A DNA stretch of 60,270 nucleotides, counting the filler. It is 3 parts of 3 records of this genome, joined end to end, with 100 filler letters (N's around TTAATTAATTAA, not from the genome) between each part and the next. Parts side by side here need not be neighbours in the genome. Positions count along the whole stretch, not along the records: positions 1 to 18,351 come from SRR20825019_495; 2 more parts are not named here. One strand, written 5' to 3'. The position numbers were made by a program, and so were the translations under genes. The notes beneath the pieces are model-generated. The model searched no databases. It was not told the DNA's origin and saw only the letters and a list, made by a program, of their open reading frames with translations. Below are positions 1 through 8,181 of the stretch, piece by piece (position 1 is the stretch's first letter; each line of letters starts with the position of its first letter).

Positions 1-29
1 TCGAACCAACGACCTACTGATTAAAAGTC
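1..29 (-). tRNA. Partial tRNA-Lys(UUU): 3' half only, probable att-site duplication
   Basis: The reverse complement reads GACTTTTAATCAGTAGGTCGTTGGTTCGA (anticodon loop CTTTTAA, variable loop, T-arm GTTCGA). Similarity stops at the anticodon stem, and the fragment lies directly upstream of an integrase. Confidence 0.8.
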
Positions 30-180
30 GGGTGCTCAGCATTTTTCATGCGGTCGCACGAAATGTCATTCGGTGTCAATTTATGTGGAAAACCCTTCAT
101 ATCCTTGTTTTTAGGGTTTGATTTCACATCGCACGAGGACCTATTGTATCTCAATCGGTGTCAGGGCTTCGCAAATCACT

Positions 181-201
181 TGTCCCCCAAATGTCCCCCA
201 A
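181..201 (+). repeat. Tandem TGTCCCCCAA x2, probable integrase arm-type binding sites
   Basis: Direct repeats at 181-190 and 192-201 between att and the integrase start, as seen next to P4-family integrases. Confidence 0.55.
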
Positions 202-227
202 GGGCAGCACCGCCCAAAGGAGACGCA

Positions 228-1523
228 ATGGCCCAAGCCCTGACAGACGCATTTCTGCGCAAGGTTAAGCCCCCGACCGAGGGGCGAGACGAATATTCGG
301 ACACACTTCGCCAAGGTCTTCGACTGCGGGTTTTGCCCTCTGGGCGGCGGACATGGATGTATGAAAAGCGCATTCGCGGCGGGGCAAAGCGAAAGCACAC
401 GTTGGGAACGTATCCCGGCATGTCGATCAAAGAAGCGCGGGACGTTGCACTTGAGCTTCAACTGGAAGCGGAGCGCGGCATTGACCGGATCCTTGATGCA
501 CAGGAAGCCGAGAAGCAAAGAACGCGCGCACTTGCCGCCCAAAAAACAGTCCGAGAGGTTTTGCAGATCCATGACGAAGTGCATTGCTCAAACCTGAAGA
601 GCGGTAAGGAGCGGATGCGAAGCCTCAATGAGGTGCTTGCGCCACACCTGGATGAACGCCTTGAAGAATTGGACAGGGCAGTCCTGCAGTCCATTGTTGA
701 TCAAAAGGCAAGGTCCGGCGCGCCGGTTCAGGCGAACAGGATTGCCGCATATCTCAGCAAGTTTTCCAAGTTTGCATGGCAGCGCGGATATCAGACAACG
801 CACATCGGCCATGGTTTGGAAAAGCCCTCAAAAGAAGTCCCACGCGACCGAGTGCTGACCTTGGGGGAGATGCAAAAAATTCAACGTGCTTCATTTAAAA
901 TGGGACCTCTCTGGGGACCATTGCTGAGACTGCTCATCGCGACCGCGCAACGGCGGCACCAAATCGGTAATCTCAAATGGCGTGAAATCGACTTCGACGC
1001 ACAACAGATCAACTTCGGAGCAGGCCGCACCAAGAACAACGAGTGGAACCATTTTGTCCACATTCCCAGCTTTTGCATTTTCGAGCTGCGGAGCATGAAG
1101 GACGCCGCCAAAGAACGATGGGGTGCTGAGGGCTTAAGCGACCGCCATATCTTCACGACCACAGGCAACACGCCCCCATCTGGATACTCCAAGTTCAAGC
1201 AAAGGCTGGATAAAACACTTGGCCCAGACATGGAGCATTGGACATTCCATGATCTGAGGACCGGCTTTGCGACCGTCATGTGCGAAGCCGGTGCAGATGA
1301 AATCATCGTTGATCGCATCATGAACCACGCAGCGGTGTCGTCAGCGCCAAGTGCAGTTGCGCGCATCTACAACCGTGCCAAGAACAGCGACTTGCGGCGT
1401 AAAGTCATCGATGATTGGCACGAAGTTCTCAACGAGTTCATCCCTTCGGGGGATATCGTGGCTGTAAAGAGTGCTCTTGGATCTACAAATGCACCAACGA
1501 ATATTTCCCTCGGGAAGCTATGA
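228..1523 (+). CDS. P4-family tyrosine integrase with N-terminal arm-binding (DUF4102-like) domain
   Basis: N-terminus LTDAFLRKVKP..GLRLRV..G.RTW..LGTYP.MS; catalytic R (AQRR), K (RTKN), HDLR, MNH, IYN. RBS GGAG lies before the ATG at 228. Confidence 0.93.
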   Translation: MAQALTDAFLRKVKPPTEGRDEYSDTLRQGLRLRVLPSGRRTWMYEKRIRGGAKRKHTLGTYPGMSIKEARDVALELQLEAERGIDRILDAQEAEKQRTRALAAQKTVREVLQIHDEVHCSNLKSGKERMRSLNEVLAPHLDERLEELDRAVLQSIVDQKARSGAPVQANRIAAYLSKFSKFAWQRGYQTTHIGHGLEKPSKEVPRDRVLTLGEMQKIQRASFKMGPLWGPLLRLLIATAQRRHQIGNLKWREIDFDAQQINFGAGRTKNNEWNHFVHIPSFCIFELRSMKDAAKERWGAEGLSDRHIFTTTGNTPPSGYSKFKQRLDKTLGPDMEHWTFHDLRTGFATVMCEAGADEIIVDRIMNHAAVSSAPSAVARIYNRAKNSDLRRKVIDDWHEVLNEFIPSGDIVAVKSALGSTNAPTNISLGKL

Positions 1524-2230
1524 CTATGATTGTTCAAAACATCCCGATCACCAAAAACGGTCAACTCATCCCCGAAGCTGGGATGCTCGTTCTCGGTTAC
1601 ATGATGTATCCAAATTGTGAGCGAAGCGCGCACCAGTTTACTCGAATTCTTGCGGAAGAAACAGTCGCTAAGGTGCGCGAAGCTGATTATCAAGCTGGAG
1701 GTTTATTTCAAGCAGCCCTTGCCGAACCTTTAGTCCACCGCCTTCTGCTTTCAGGGCAGGTTGCAATCCGTGTCTGTAAAAACCACCAACGCTATGGTGC
1801 CGCTGATTTTCGGAAGGCAGCCCATGTAGTTTCAGAAGTTAACTCGACTCTCAGATTCAGCGATGGAAAACCACTATCAACATCAGAGGGGCCACTTCGG
1901 ACAACATTTCGCGATTATCGAGCATCAATGCACTTTTGGGCTGCTGCATCAACACACCATACCACTCCTGACGGACGCACATTAACGGGAGCTGAAGCAA
2001 TAGCAGAAATGCACATTTCATCAGAGTTTCTCGGGCACTTTCTCGCGACTGCAAAACAATATGAAGATATGCTGGAGAAGGCGAAGCCCGCAGACAGAAT
2101 CTGGTCCGCATCAGAGCCCGCTTTTGAGATTTGGGATTTCGATAAGCTGCCGAAATTGTCAGCACTCCCTGATCAAACGCCCGAAGAACTGCGAGCACTT
2201 TCAAGCTATCGGACGCCGAAGAAGTCCTAG
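1520..2230 (+). CDS. Hypothetical protein coupled to the integrase
   Basis: ATGA overlap with the integrase stop; 236-codon open frame between int and alpA. Confidence 0.7.
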   Translation: MTMIVQNIPITKNGQLIPEAGMLVLGYMMYPNCERSAHQFTRILAEETVAKVREADYQAGGLFQAALAEPLVHRLLLSGQVAIRVCKNHQRYGAADFRKAAHVVSEVNSTLRFSDGKPLSTSEGPLRTTFRDYRASMHFWAAASTHHTTPDGRTLTGAEAIAEMHISSEFLGHFLATAKQYEDMLEKAKPADRIWSASEPAFEIWDFDKLPKLSALPDQTPEELRALSSYRTPKKS

Positions 2231-2315
2231 GTTGGGCAATTTTTTCTGCCCACCTGATACCGTATAGCTATCTCAATTACCCTCATCCCTACGCAATCAA
2301 GCGAAAGGATGAGCA

Positions 2316-2579
2316 ATGCCCCTCACTGCAGAATTCAACCACACACTTGGCGCTGGCGAAGATGCACCAGTTAGCATGCTCGTGGCAAAAGATCCCCTTA
2401 TACGGGATGCCGATGGCGCTTTCATGATGGGTTGCTCTAAAGCGACCTTCTGGCGGCGCGTTGCGGACGGAACAGTCCCCGCAGCGATCAAAATCGGCGG
2501 GCTGAGCCGCTGGCGATTGAGCGACATTGAAGCAGTCATCAGCAACGCAGAAGGCAAACGCGCCGACTCTGCCGCCTAA
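2316..2579 (+). CDS. alpA: AlpA-family HTH regulator/excisionase
   Basis: LIRDADGAFMMGCSKATFWRRVADGTVPAAIKIGGLSRWRLSDI is a classic AlpA pattern. Confidence 0.88.
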   Translation: MPLTAEFNHTLGAGEDAPVSMLVAKDPLIRDADGAFMMGCSKATFWRRVADGTVPAAIKIGGLSRWRLSDIEAVISNAEGKRADSAA

Positions 2580-2700
2580 AAGAAAACCCCCACCCGCAAG
2601 GCGATGCAGGCAGAGGGCAATTTCTTTTTATGAGTCCGCCAAGACCCATTTAGGATATCCCAAAGCCGCCCGCCTTTCAATCCTGAAAGGAACGCGGACC

Positions 2701-3069
2701 ATGACGAACCATACCAAAACCACCATCCCGACCGACCGCCCACCGGCAAACGCATTGCGCGTCGATAAGTGGAGCGACATGCCGACCGGCACAGCCCCGG
2801 CTCGTTACGAGATCACCGGGGAGGACGGCCAGACCACAACCATCACACTGGCCAAGGGCAATCGCATCATCCTCGACGCACTGATCGAGCGCCCCGTGTA
2901 TTGCGCCAGCCCGGTGCGGATCTCTGACCGGGTCTGCATTCTGCGCCGCGAGTATGGCGTACCGATCACAAAGGAGATGTACTCCAACGACAGCGCAACC
3001 GACCGCGCCAAGTTTGGCGTGTACTTCCTCAACGGTGCGGTGCGCCGGATTGACGGGGGTGCAGCTTGA
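2701..3069 (+). CDS. Hypothetical protein, possible winged-helix DNA-binding protein
   Basis: RBS AAGGA upstream; C-terminal RISDRVCILRREYGVPITKE..FGVYFL resembles a wHTH. Confidence 0.6.
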   Translation: MTNHTKTTIPTDRPPANALRVDKWSDMPTGTAPARYEITGEDGQTTTITLAKGNRIILDALIERPVYCASPVRISDRVCILRREYGVPITKEMYSNDSATDRAKFGVYFLNGAVRRIDGGAA

Positions 3070-3071
3070 TT

Positions 3072-3173
3072 ATGGCCCTCAAAATCCAGATTGCCCGCCT
3101 GCAGCGCCTCTACGGCATGTCCGCCTCCCAAGCCCGCCTCGTCGCTGGCCTGCACTACGGGGAGGCCGTGTGA
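3072..3173 (+). CDS. Small hypothetical protein (33 aa, MALKIQIARLQRLYGMSASQARLVAGLHYGEAV)
   Basis: Fills the gap between flanking ORFs; its stop overlaps the next ATG (TGATG). Absent from the ORF track because it is under 60 aa. Confidence 0.55.
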   Translation: MALKIQIARLQRLYGMSASQARLVAGLHYGEAV

Positions 3174-3388
3174 TGACAGACATCGTCAAGAACAGCCGCG
3201 AGATCATCCGCATCACGCGTGGCGAATTCAAAGGTCACGATATGGTCAACGTCCGCGTCTTCTTTGACGCAGGCGATGGCGAGATGAAACCCGGCAAACA
3301 GGGGGTCGCGTTCCGCGCGGCCCTGCTGCCCGATATGTTGAGCGCCCTGCAGGCCTTTGTAACGGAGGCTCAGCATGACCACCAATAA
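3173..3388 (+). CDS. PC4/YdbC-like (p15) ssDNA-binding protein
   Basis: IVKNSREIIRITRGEFKGHDMVNVRVFF..DGEMKPGKQGVAF matches the PC4 family; RBS GGAGG. Confidence 0.85.
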   Translation: MTDIVKNSREIIRITRGEFKGHDMVNVRVFFDAGDGEMKPGKQGVAFRAALLPDMLSALQAFVTEAQHDHQ

Positions 3389-3740
3389 CCTGATGATTGC
3401 CAACGACTTCGACTGCACCATTGGCACGCAGGACGCGTGGTGGGCGTTGATCCCTGACGTGCTGGCCAACCTCACGCCGTACCAGCGCGGATCGGTGGCG
3501 TTTCTGGCCCTCAAATCGCTGGACACCGACATTGCCGCACAGGTGGCAGAAGCGGCTTTGCAACGGGGCGCAGGCCAGCCCATCGCGCCCTTGTTCAATC
3601 ACATGGATGAGGCTGCGTTCTGGGCAGACATGGCAGAGCCGGAGGAACTGGAGGCATATTGCCTCGCCAGCTTCAAAGCGATGCCGAGCTACCGTCAGTC
3701 CGCCTTCCTCGACTTTGTACAGGGGAGGCAAGCAGCTTGA
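3375..3740 (+). CDS. Hypothetical protein
   Basis: RBS GGAGG; overlaps both neighbours in the operon. Confidence 0.7.
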   Translation: MTTNNLMIANDFDCTIGTQDAWWALIPDVLANLTPYQRGSVAFLALKSLDTDIAAQVAEAALQRGAGQPIAPLFNHMDEAAFWADMAEPEELEAYCLASFKAMPSYRQSAFLDFVQGRQAA

Positions 3741-4918
3741 TGCGTGATTTCATCGTTATGGGCGCACAGTTGGACCTGCACCGGGCCGAACATACGAACG
3801 GCGCAGACCGCCTGCCGACGCCCTTTATCTGGCAGGACCCCAATACCCTGCCCCGCCGCCCGTGGATTTACGGGCGGCACCTGCTGCGCAAACAGGTTGC
3901 TGTCACTGTCGCCCCCGGCGGCGTCGGCAAGTCTTCCCTTACCATCGTGGAGGGGTTGGCAATGGTTTCTGAACGCGAACTGCTGGGAGAATGGACCGCG
4001 AACGGCCTGAATGTCTGGCTCTACAACCTGGAAGATCCGCGCGATGAAATGAACCTGCGTATCACAGCGGCCATGCAGCACTACGATGTGCAGCCCTGTG
4101 AAGTGGAAGGTCGGTTGTTCGTAGATACCGGGCGTGAGCGGGAGCTTTGCACGGCAGTCCAAACCCGCGAGGGCGTCGTTATCGTCAAGCCCGAGATTGA
4201 AGAGCTGGCGCGAGAAATCTGCGAGCGCAAGATAGACGTGGTGATTGTTGACCCATTCGTGTCATCGCACCAAGCGGGCGAAAATGACAACGTCGCAATC
4301 GACCTCATCGCCAAGGAATGGGCGCGTCTGGCGGATCGATGCAACTGCGCAATTGAGTTGGTCCACCACACCCGCAAGACCAATGGTATTGAGGCGACCA
4401 CAGAGGACAGCAGGGGCGGGTCGGCCTTGTTGGCGGCTGCGCGGTCGGGCCGGGTGCTCAATCGCATGACGGCGGACGAGCGGGAACAGGCTGGTCTCCT
4501 GCCCGATGACCTAACCACCTACTTCACGGTCACACGCGACAAGGCAAACCTTGCCCCCATCGGCAAACGGACATGGCGGCGCATGGCAGCGGTGGAACTG
4601 GCAAACGGCGAAAGCGTCGGTGTCGCTGAGGCCTGGGAATGGCCCGATACTTTCGATGGCTTCGACAGCAAGGACCTGCTGGCGGTTCAGAATGCCATTG
4701 AAGGCAAACACCCACGCTTCTCGGATCAGGCAGGCGACGATTGGGCCGGGGTTATCGTAGCCGCCGTCCTGGGGCTGGATGCAACCCACGACAAGCGCCG
4801 GATCAAGAAGATGATCGCGGCATGGCTGCAATCAGGCGCATTGGTGAAAGGCACGAAACTTGGCCCGATCCGCAAGCCAGTCCCAACAATTGAGGTGGGC
4901 GAATGGGCAACCGAATGA
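3740..4918 (+). CDS. AAA_25/RepA-type (RecA-like SF4) replicative helicase
   Basis: Walker A APGGVGKS, NLEDP, Walker B VVIVDP, LVHHTRK, RGGSAL..AAR, DKAN; TGATG overlap at the start. Confidence 0.9.
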   Translation: MRDFIVMGAQLDLHRAEHTNGADRLPTPFIWQDPNTLPRRPWIYGRHLLRKQVAVTVAPGGVGKSSLTIVEGLAMVSERELLGEWTANGLNVWLYNLEDPRDEMNLRITAAMQHYDVQPCEVEGRLFVDTGRERELCTAVQTREGVVIVKPEIEELAREICERKIDVVIVDPFVSSHQAGENDNVAIDLIAKEWARLADRCNCAIELVHHTRKTNGIEATTEDSRGGSALLAAARSGRVLNRMTADEREQAGLLPDDLTTYFTVTRDKANLAPIGKRTWRRMAAVELANGESVGVAEAWEWPDTFDGFDSKDLLAVQNAIEGKHPRFSDQAGDDWAGVIVAAVLGLDATHDKRRIKKMIAAWLQSGALVKGTKLGPIRKPVPTIEVGEWATE

Positions 4919-4920
4919 TG

Positions 4921-5072
4921 TGCGTCACCACCCCAAAAAAGCAGGTCACGCAGGGTGACGCAAACACCCCTGTAAACCACTGCGTCACCACCCCTCCCCC
5001 TAAAGGGGGGGGAGGTGGTGGTGACGCGCTCAGTGGGGCTCCGGAGGTGGTGACGCAAAACGACGTGACGCA
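4921..5072. repeat. Cluster of TGCGTCACC/GGTGACGCA direct and inverted repeats, putative replication origin
   Basis: TGCGTCACCACCCC at 4921 and 4981; inverted copies near 4953, 5015-5028, 5047-5057 and 5064, immediately downstream of the helicase. Confidence 0.65.
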
Positions 5073-5105
5073 GCAGCAAACCGGTTCTCAAGAAAGGCAC
5101 TCACA

Positions 5106-5552
5106 GTGAACAAAAAGAACAACCGAAACAGCGGCTCAAATACGGACGACCGGAATCCCGATGGCACGTTTGCCCCCGGCAATCCCGGCAAGCCCAAAGG
5201 ATCACGCCACAAAGCCACGCAGGCTATCGAGGCGATGCTGGAAGGTCAGCAGGAGGCATTAACGCAGGCTGCGATAGCCAAAGCGCTGGAAGGCGACGTC
5301 ACCGCTCTGCGCCTCTGTCTGGATCGGATCGCACCAGCACGCAAAGACGCGCCGGTATCGTTCGACTTGCCTACCATCGAAACGGCAGAGGACGCCGCCA
5401 ACGCTGCGCGCGCCATTCTCCGGGCGATTGCCGACGGCGAGATAACACCACTCGAAGCGGCAACCGTGATGGGTGTGGTCGAACATTTCCGCCGGACCCT
5501 TGAGACCACCGACATGGAAAAACGCATCACAGCATTGGAGGCACAGAAATGA
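5106..5552 (+). CDS. DUF5681-domain / terminase-small-subunit-like protein
   Basis: RNPDGTFAPGNPGKPKGSRHK...LTQAAIAKALEGDVTALRLCLDRIAP; position matches the TerS slot of satellites. Confidence 0.7.
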   Translation: MNKKNNRNSGSNTDDRNPDGTFAPGNPGKPKGSRHKATQAIEAMLEGQQEALTQAAIAKALEGDVTALRLCLDRIAPARKDAPVSFDLPTIETAEDAANAARAILRAIADGEITPLEAATVMGVVEHFRRTLETTDMEKRITALEAQK

Positions 5553-5839
5553 GCATTGAAACACGATTGAGAAAACTGGAAGGCCAGACAATGGGAGAAG
5601 AAGGCCACAAGCTCGACTTCATTTTCATCATAGGCATCAAGTCGGCGGATACGGCGGGGCACAGCGGAGACCCAACCGCCCCGATGGACATCCGGCCATC
5701 GACCGATGTGCCACAGAACTTCGTTGCATATTGTCTGCATCCTCATTGTGAGGCCCGCGAACATTCCAGCTTGCCCGGCGAAACCGTTGATCAGATGGCA
5801 GCAAGGCTGCGTGCCCAACACCTGGAGGCAGGCGCATGA
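5549..5839 (+). CDS. Hypothetical protein
   Basis: ATGA overlap, RBS GGAGG; N-terminal IETRLRKLEG. Confidence 0.7.
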   Translation: MSIETRLRKLEGQTMGEEGHKLDFIFIIGIKSADTAGHSGDPTAPMDIRPSTDVPQNFVAYCLHPHCEAREHSSLPGETVDQMAARLRAQHLEAGA

Positions 5840-6117
5840 CTTTGAAGCATAGGTTATCAGCTCTCGAAAAGACGCAAGCAGATCCACTTACCGTGTTCGC
5901 ATCGGTTCCTTTGGGGTGGAGCCCGGAACATGCAGAGCGGGAGGTAAAAACTTGCGCCTTGGCTCTCGGCATCCAGTCGCCGTTTTCAACATGCATTATC
6001 CATAAAAAACAAGCCGAGCAGGTCAGTATCGATGGCGTCGAAAGCATGAAGGAGCTGCTTGATTACGTGGCTTTGCATGGACGACGGGTCGGGCAGAAAT
6101 GGGAGCGGCACCCATGA
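5836..6117 (+). CDS. Hypothetical protein
   Basis: ATGA overlap, RBS GGAGG; N-terminal LKHRLSALEK. Confidence 0.7.
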   Translation: MTLKHRLSALEKTQADPLTVFASVPLGWSPEHAEREVKTCALALGIQSPFSTCIIHKKQAEQVSIDGVESMKELLDYVALHGRRVGQKWERHP

Positions 6118-6277
6118 CCTCAGCACCTAACATAAAATGCCGTATTGGCTGTGAGTTCCGTGCATCAAATCCGCAAAATAATGATGGAAACGTCGCGCAT
6201 TTTCCCTTTGTTTTCTTGGTTTTAGCCCCAAAAAATGGTAAGATTGAAAGCAACCGATTTAGGGGGAGGGCAGCGGC

Positions 6278-6403
6278 ATGAATACGGGTTTTCAGAACCT
6301 CACAGACATGTTCAACGGCGGTGGTGGAGGCGGTTCAGGCGCAACATTCCAAGGCGCCGGGCTTTGGTCCGCGATCCTCAACATGGCTGGGGGTAAAAAC
6401 TGA
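6278..6403 (+). CDS. Small Gly-rich protein (41 aa, MNTGFQNLTDMFNGGGGGGSGATFQGAGLWSAILNMAGGKN)
   Basis: RBS GGGGAGG; stop overlaps the ATG of the amidase gene (TGATG). Confidence 0.55.
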   Translation: MNTGFQNLTDMFNGGGGGGSGATFQGAGLWSAILNMAGGKN

Positions 6404-8181
6404 TGGGAATCCTTGACGCATCGGATCCGAATTTCCACTACGGAAAGTCCGCGACAGCACACGCCAAGCCCTTTGAGGGCATTGTTTGGCATCACACGCG
6501 CGAAGCGCCACTGATGAACTTGGTCGACTACGGCAAGCGGGTTGATCCTGAACGGGGCGGCGCTTTCGGATACCACTACTACATCGGCCCTGACGGTCAG
6601 GTGGTGCAAGGCGCGCCAACAGACAAGCGCACCAACCACATCAAGCCAGGATCGCCCACAGGGTTCAGCAACAGCAACGCCATGGGGATTTCACTCGTCG
6701 GGGCGGAACATGGTGCAACCCCTGCACAGCTTGAAGCTGCGAAACGCTTGGGCAAGGAAATTGAAGCCAAATACGGCATCCCGGCGACGAACAATCTGGG
6801 CCATGGTGAAATACAAAACGACCGTCAGCACCACGAAGGCGGAGAGCTTGCAGGTTACATGCGCGGCGATGATATCACCAATGACACCATGCGCGCACTT
6901 GGCAAAACGCCGATGCAGCCTGACCCGCCAAAAGCAACCCCGCGCGGTTCAATGATGGCGGAGTCCACTACCGCTACCCGCCACCCCTCGATCAGTTCCC
7001 GTAGCGGCACAGCGTCGCTTCTTGGCAACATCGGCAATGACTCATTGGAGACAGATATGGCAACCGAGTATCAACCCGAAAAAGCCAGCGGCTTGATGGG
7101 AATGATTTTCCCCAACATGACGGCGGATAGGCAGGACCGGATTGCCTTGGCTCTGCACAGCATGACGATCAACCCGGATGAAGGGTTCCAACGCGCCATT
7201 ATGGGCCGCATGGCGGATCGCCGCGATGACCGGAAAGAGTTCAAAAACCAACAGCGCGCGCAACAGAGAGATAGTAAAACGGCGCAAATGTTGAGGAACA
7301 ACGGCGCGCCGGACTATCTCGTCCAAGCTGCCATGAACGGCTACGGGGCCGAGGCGTTTTCACAATACATGCAACTGAAAGGGCGCAGCCCGGACAAGCC
7401 CACACCTTATTCTGACCAAGCCAAGGTCATGTCGGACCTCCGGAACGGGTTGATCACCCAAGAGCAGGCGAATGCGGCTTTGACTGGTGGTAGCACCGAA
7501 GCGGATCGGGAGATTGCCCGACTGGAGAGCGTAGGCATCCCGCGCAACATCGCAATCAAGATCAAAGAGGGCGTGTACAAAACGACGCAAGATCCGCTGA
7601 CGCGAGAAGTTACCGTCATTGATATTTCAACTGGCCAGCCCGTCTATCAGGCGACGGGAACCCCCACACCCGCACCATCCGAGATCCTGACCCCTGCCCC
7701 AACACCAACCGGTGCAGACGCCAGTGACAGCTTCGGCCTGGAGGGGATGATCAAACGTGCAATCAACAGCGGATCAGACTTCGTAGGCGCTGGCACCCCT
7801 TTCGAGGGTGTCCGTGATACGCAATCAGATTTCGCGGTACTGCGTGAAGGTCTCGTTAACGATATCTCGCAAGGATATGGACGCCAGCCGCCCAGCTGGC
7901 TCATGAAAAACATCCAAGACCTGACGCCATCGGCAGGCGGGATTCAGGGGGCGGAGGATGCGCAATCCAAGCTGGGCGCGCTGCAACGCAGTTTCGCCCA
8001 AGAACTTCAAAGCATTGAGCAGCAAATGCAGGGCCAAATTTCACCTACTCAACGACAGGTTCTGACGGAGCGGGCAGCATCGCTGAATGCAGCTGTCGGA
8101 AAGGTCGATAACGCGCTGAGGAGATTTGGCAACGGCGGAGTCGGCACAACGAAAAGCGGCATCAAGTGGAGTGTTGAATAA
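6403..8181 (+). CDS. Amidase_2 (N-acetylmuramoyl-L-Ala amidase) fused to a podovirus ejection-protein-like helical region
   Basis: IVWHHT...GYHYYIGPDG...NSNAMGISLVG...T.AQ..A...GHGE in the first ~150 aa; the rest is A/Q/G-rich and helical, ending TTKSGIKWSVE. Confidence 0.8.
   Translation: MGILDASDPNFHYGKSATAHAKPFEGIVWHHTREAPLMNLVDYGKRVDPERGGAFGYHYYIGPDGQVVQGAPTDKRTNHIKPGSPTGFSNSNAMGISLVGAEHGATPAQLEAAKRLGKEIEAKYGIPATNNLGHGEIQNDRQHHEGGELAGYMRGDDITNDTMRALGKTPMQPDPPKATPRGSMMAESTTATRHPSISSRSGTASLLGNIGNDSLETDMATEYQPEKASGLMGMIFPNMTADRQDRIALALHSMTINPDEGFQRAIMGRMADRRDDRKEFKNQQRAQQRDSKTAQMLRNNGAPDYLVQAAMNGYGAEAFSQYMQLKGRSPDKPTPYSDQAKVMSDLRNGLITQEQANAALTGGSTEADREIARLESVGIPRNIAIKIKEGVYKTTQDPLTREVTVIDISTGQPVYQATGTPTPAPSEILTPAPTPTGADASDSFGLEGMIKRAINSGSDFVGAGTPFEGVRDTQSDFAVLREGLVNDISQGYGRQPPSWLMKNIQDLTPSAGGIQGAEDAQSKLGALQRSFAQELQSIEQQMQGQISPTQRQVLTERAASLNAAVGKVDNALRRFGNGGVGTTKSGIKWSVE

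Noticed and set aside
48-227. 60-aa N-terminal extension of the integrase in the ORF track
   Set aside because: Family similarity and the RBS begin at ATG 228; the upstream part is att/arm-site DNA.
4921-5072. Repeats as a CRISPR array
   Set aside because: Only 9-14 bp, mixed orientation, irregular spacing, no cas genes.
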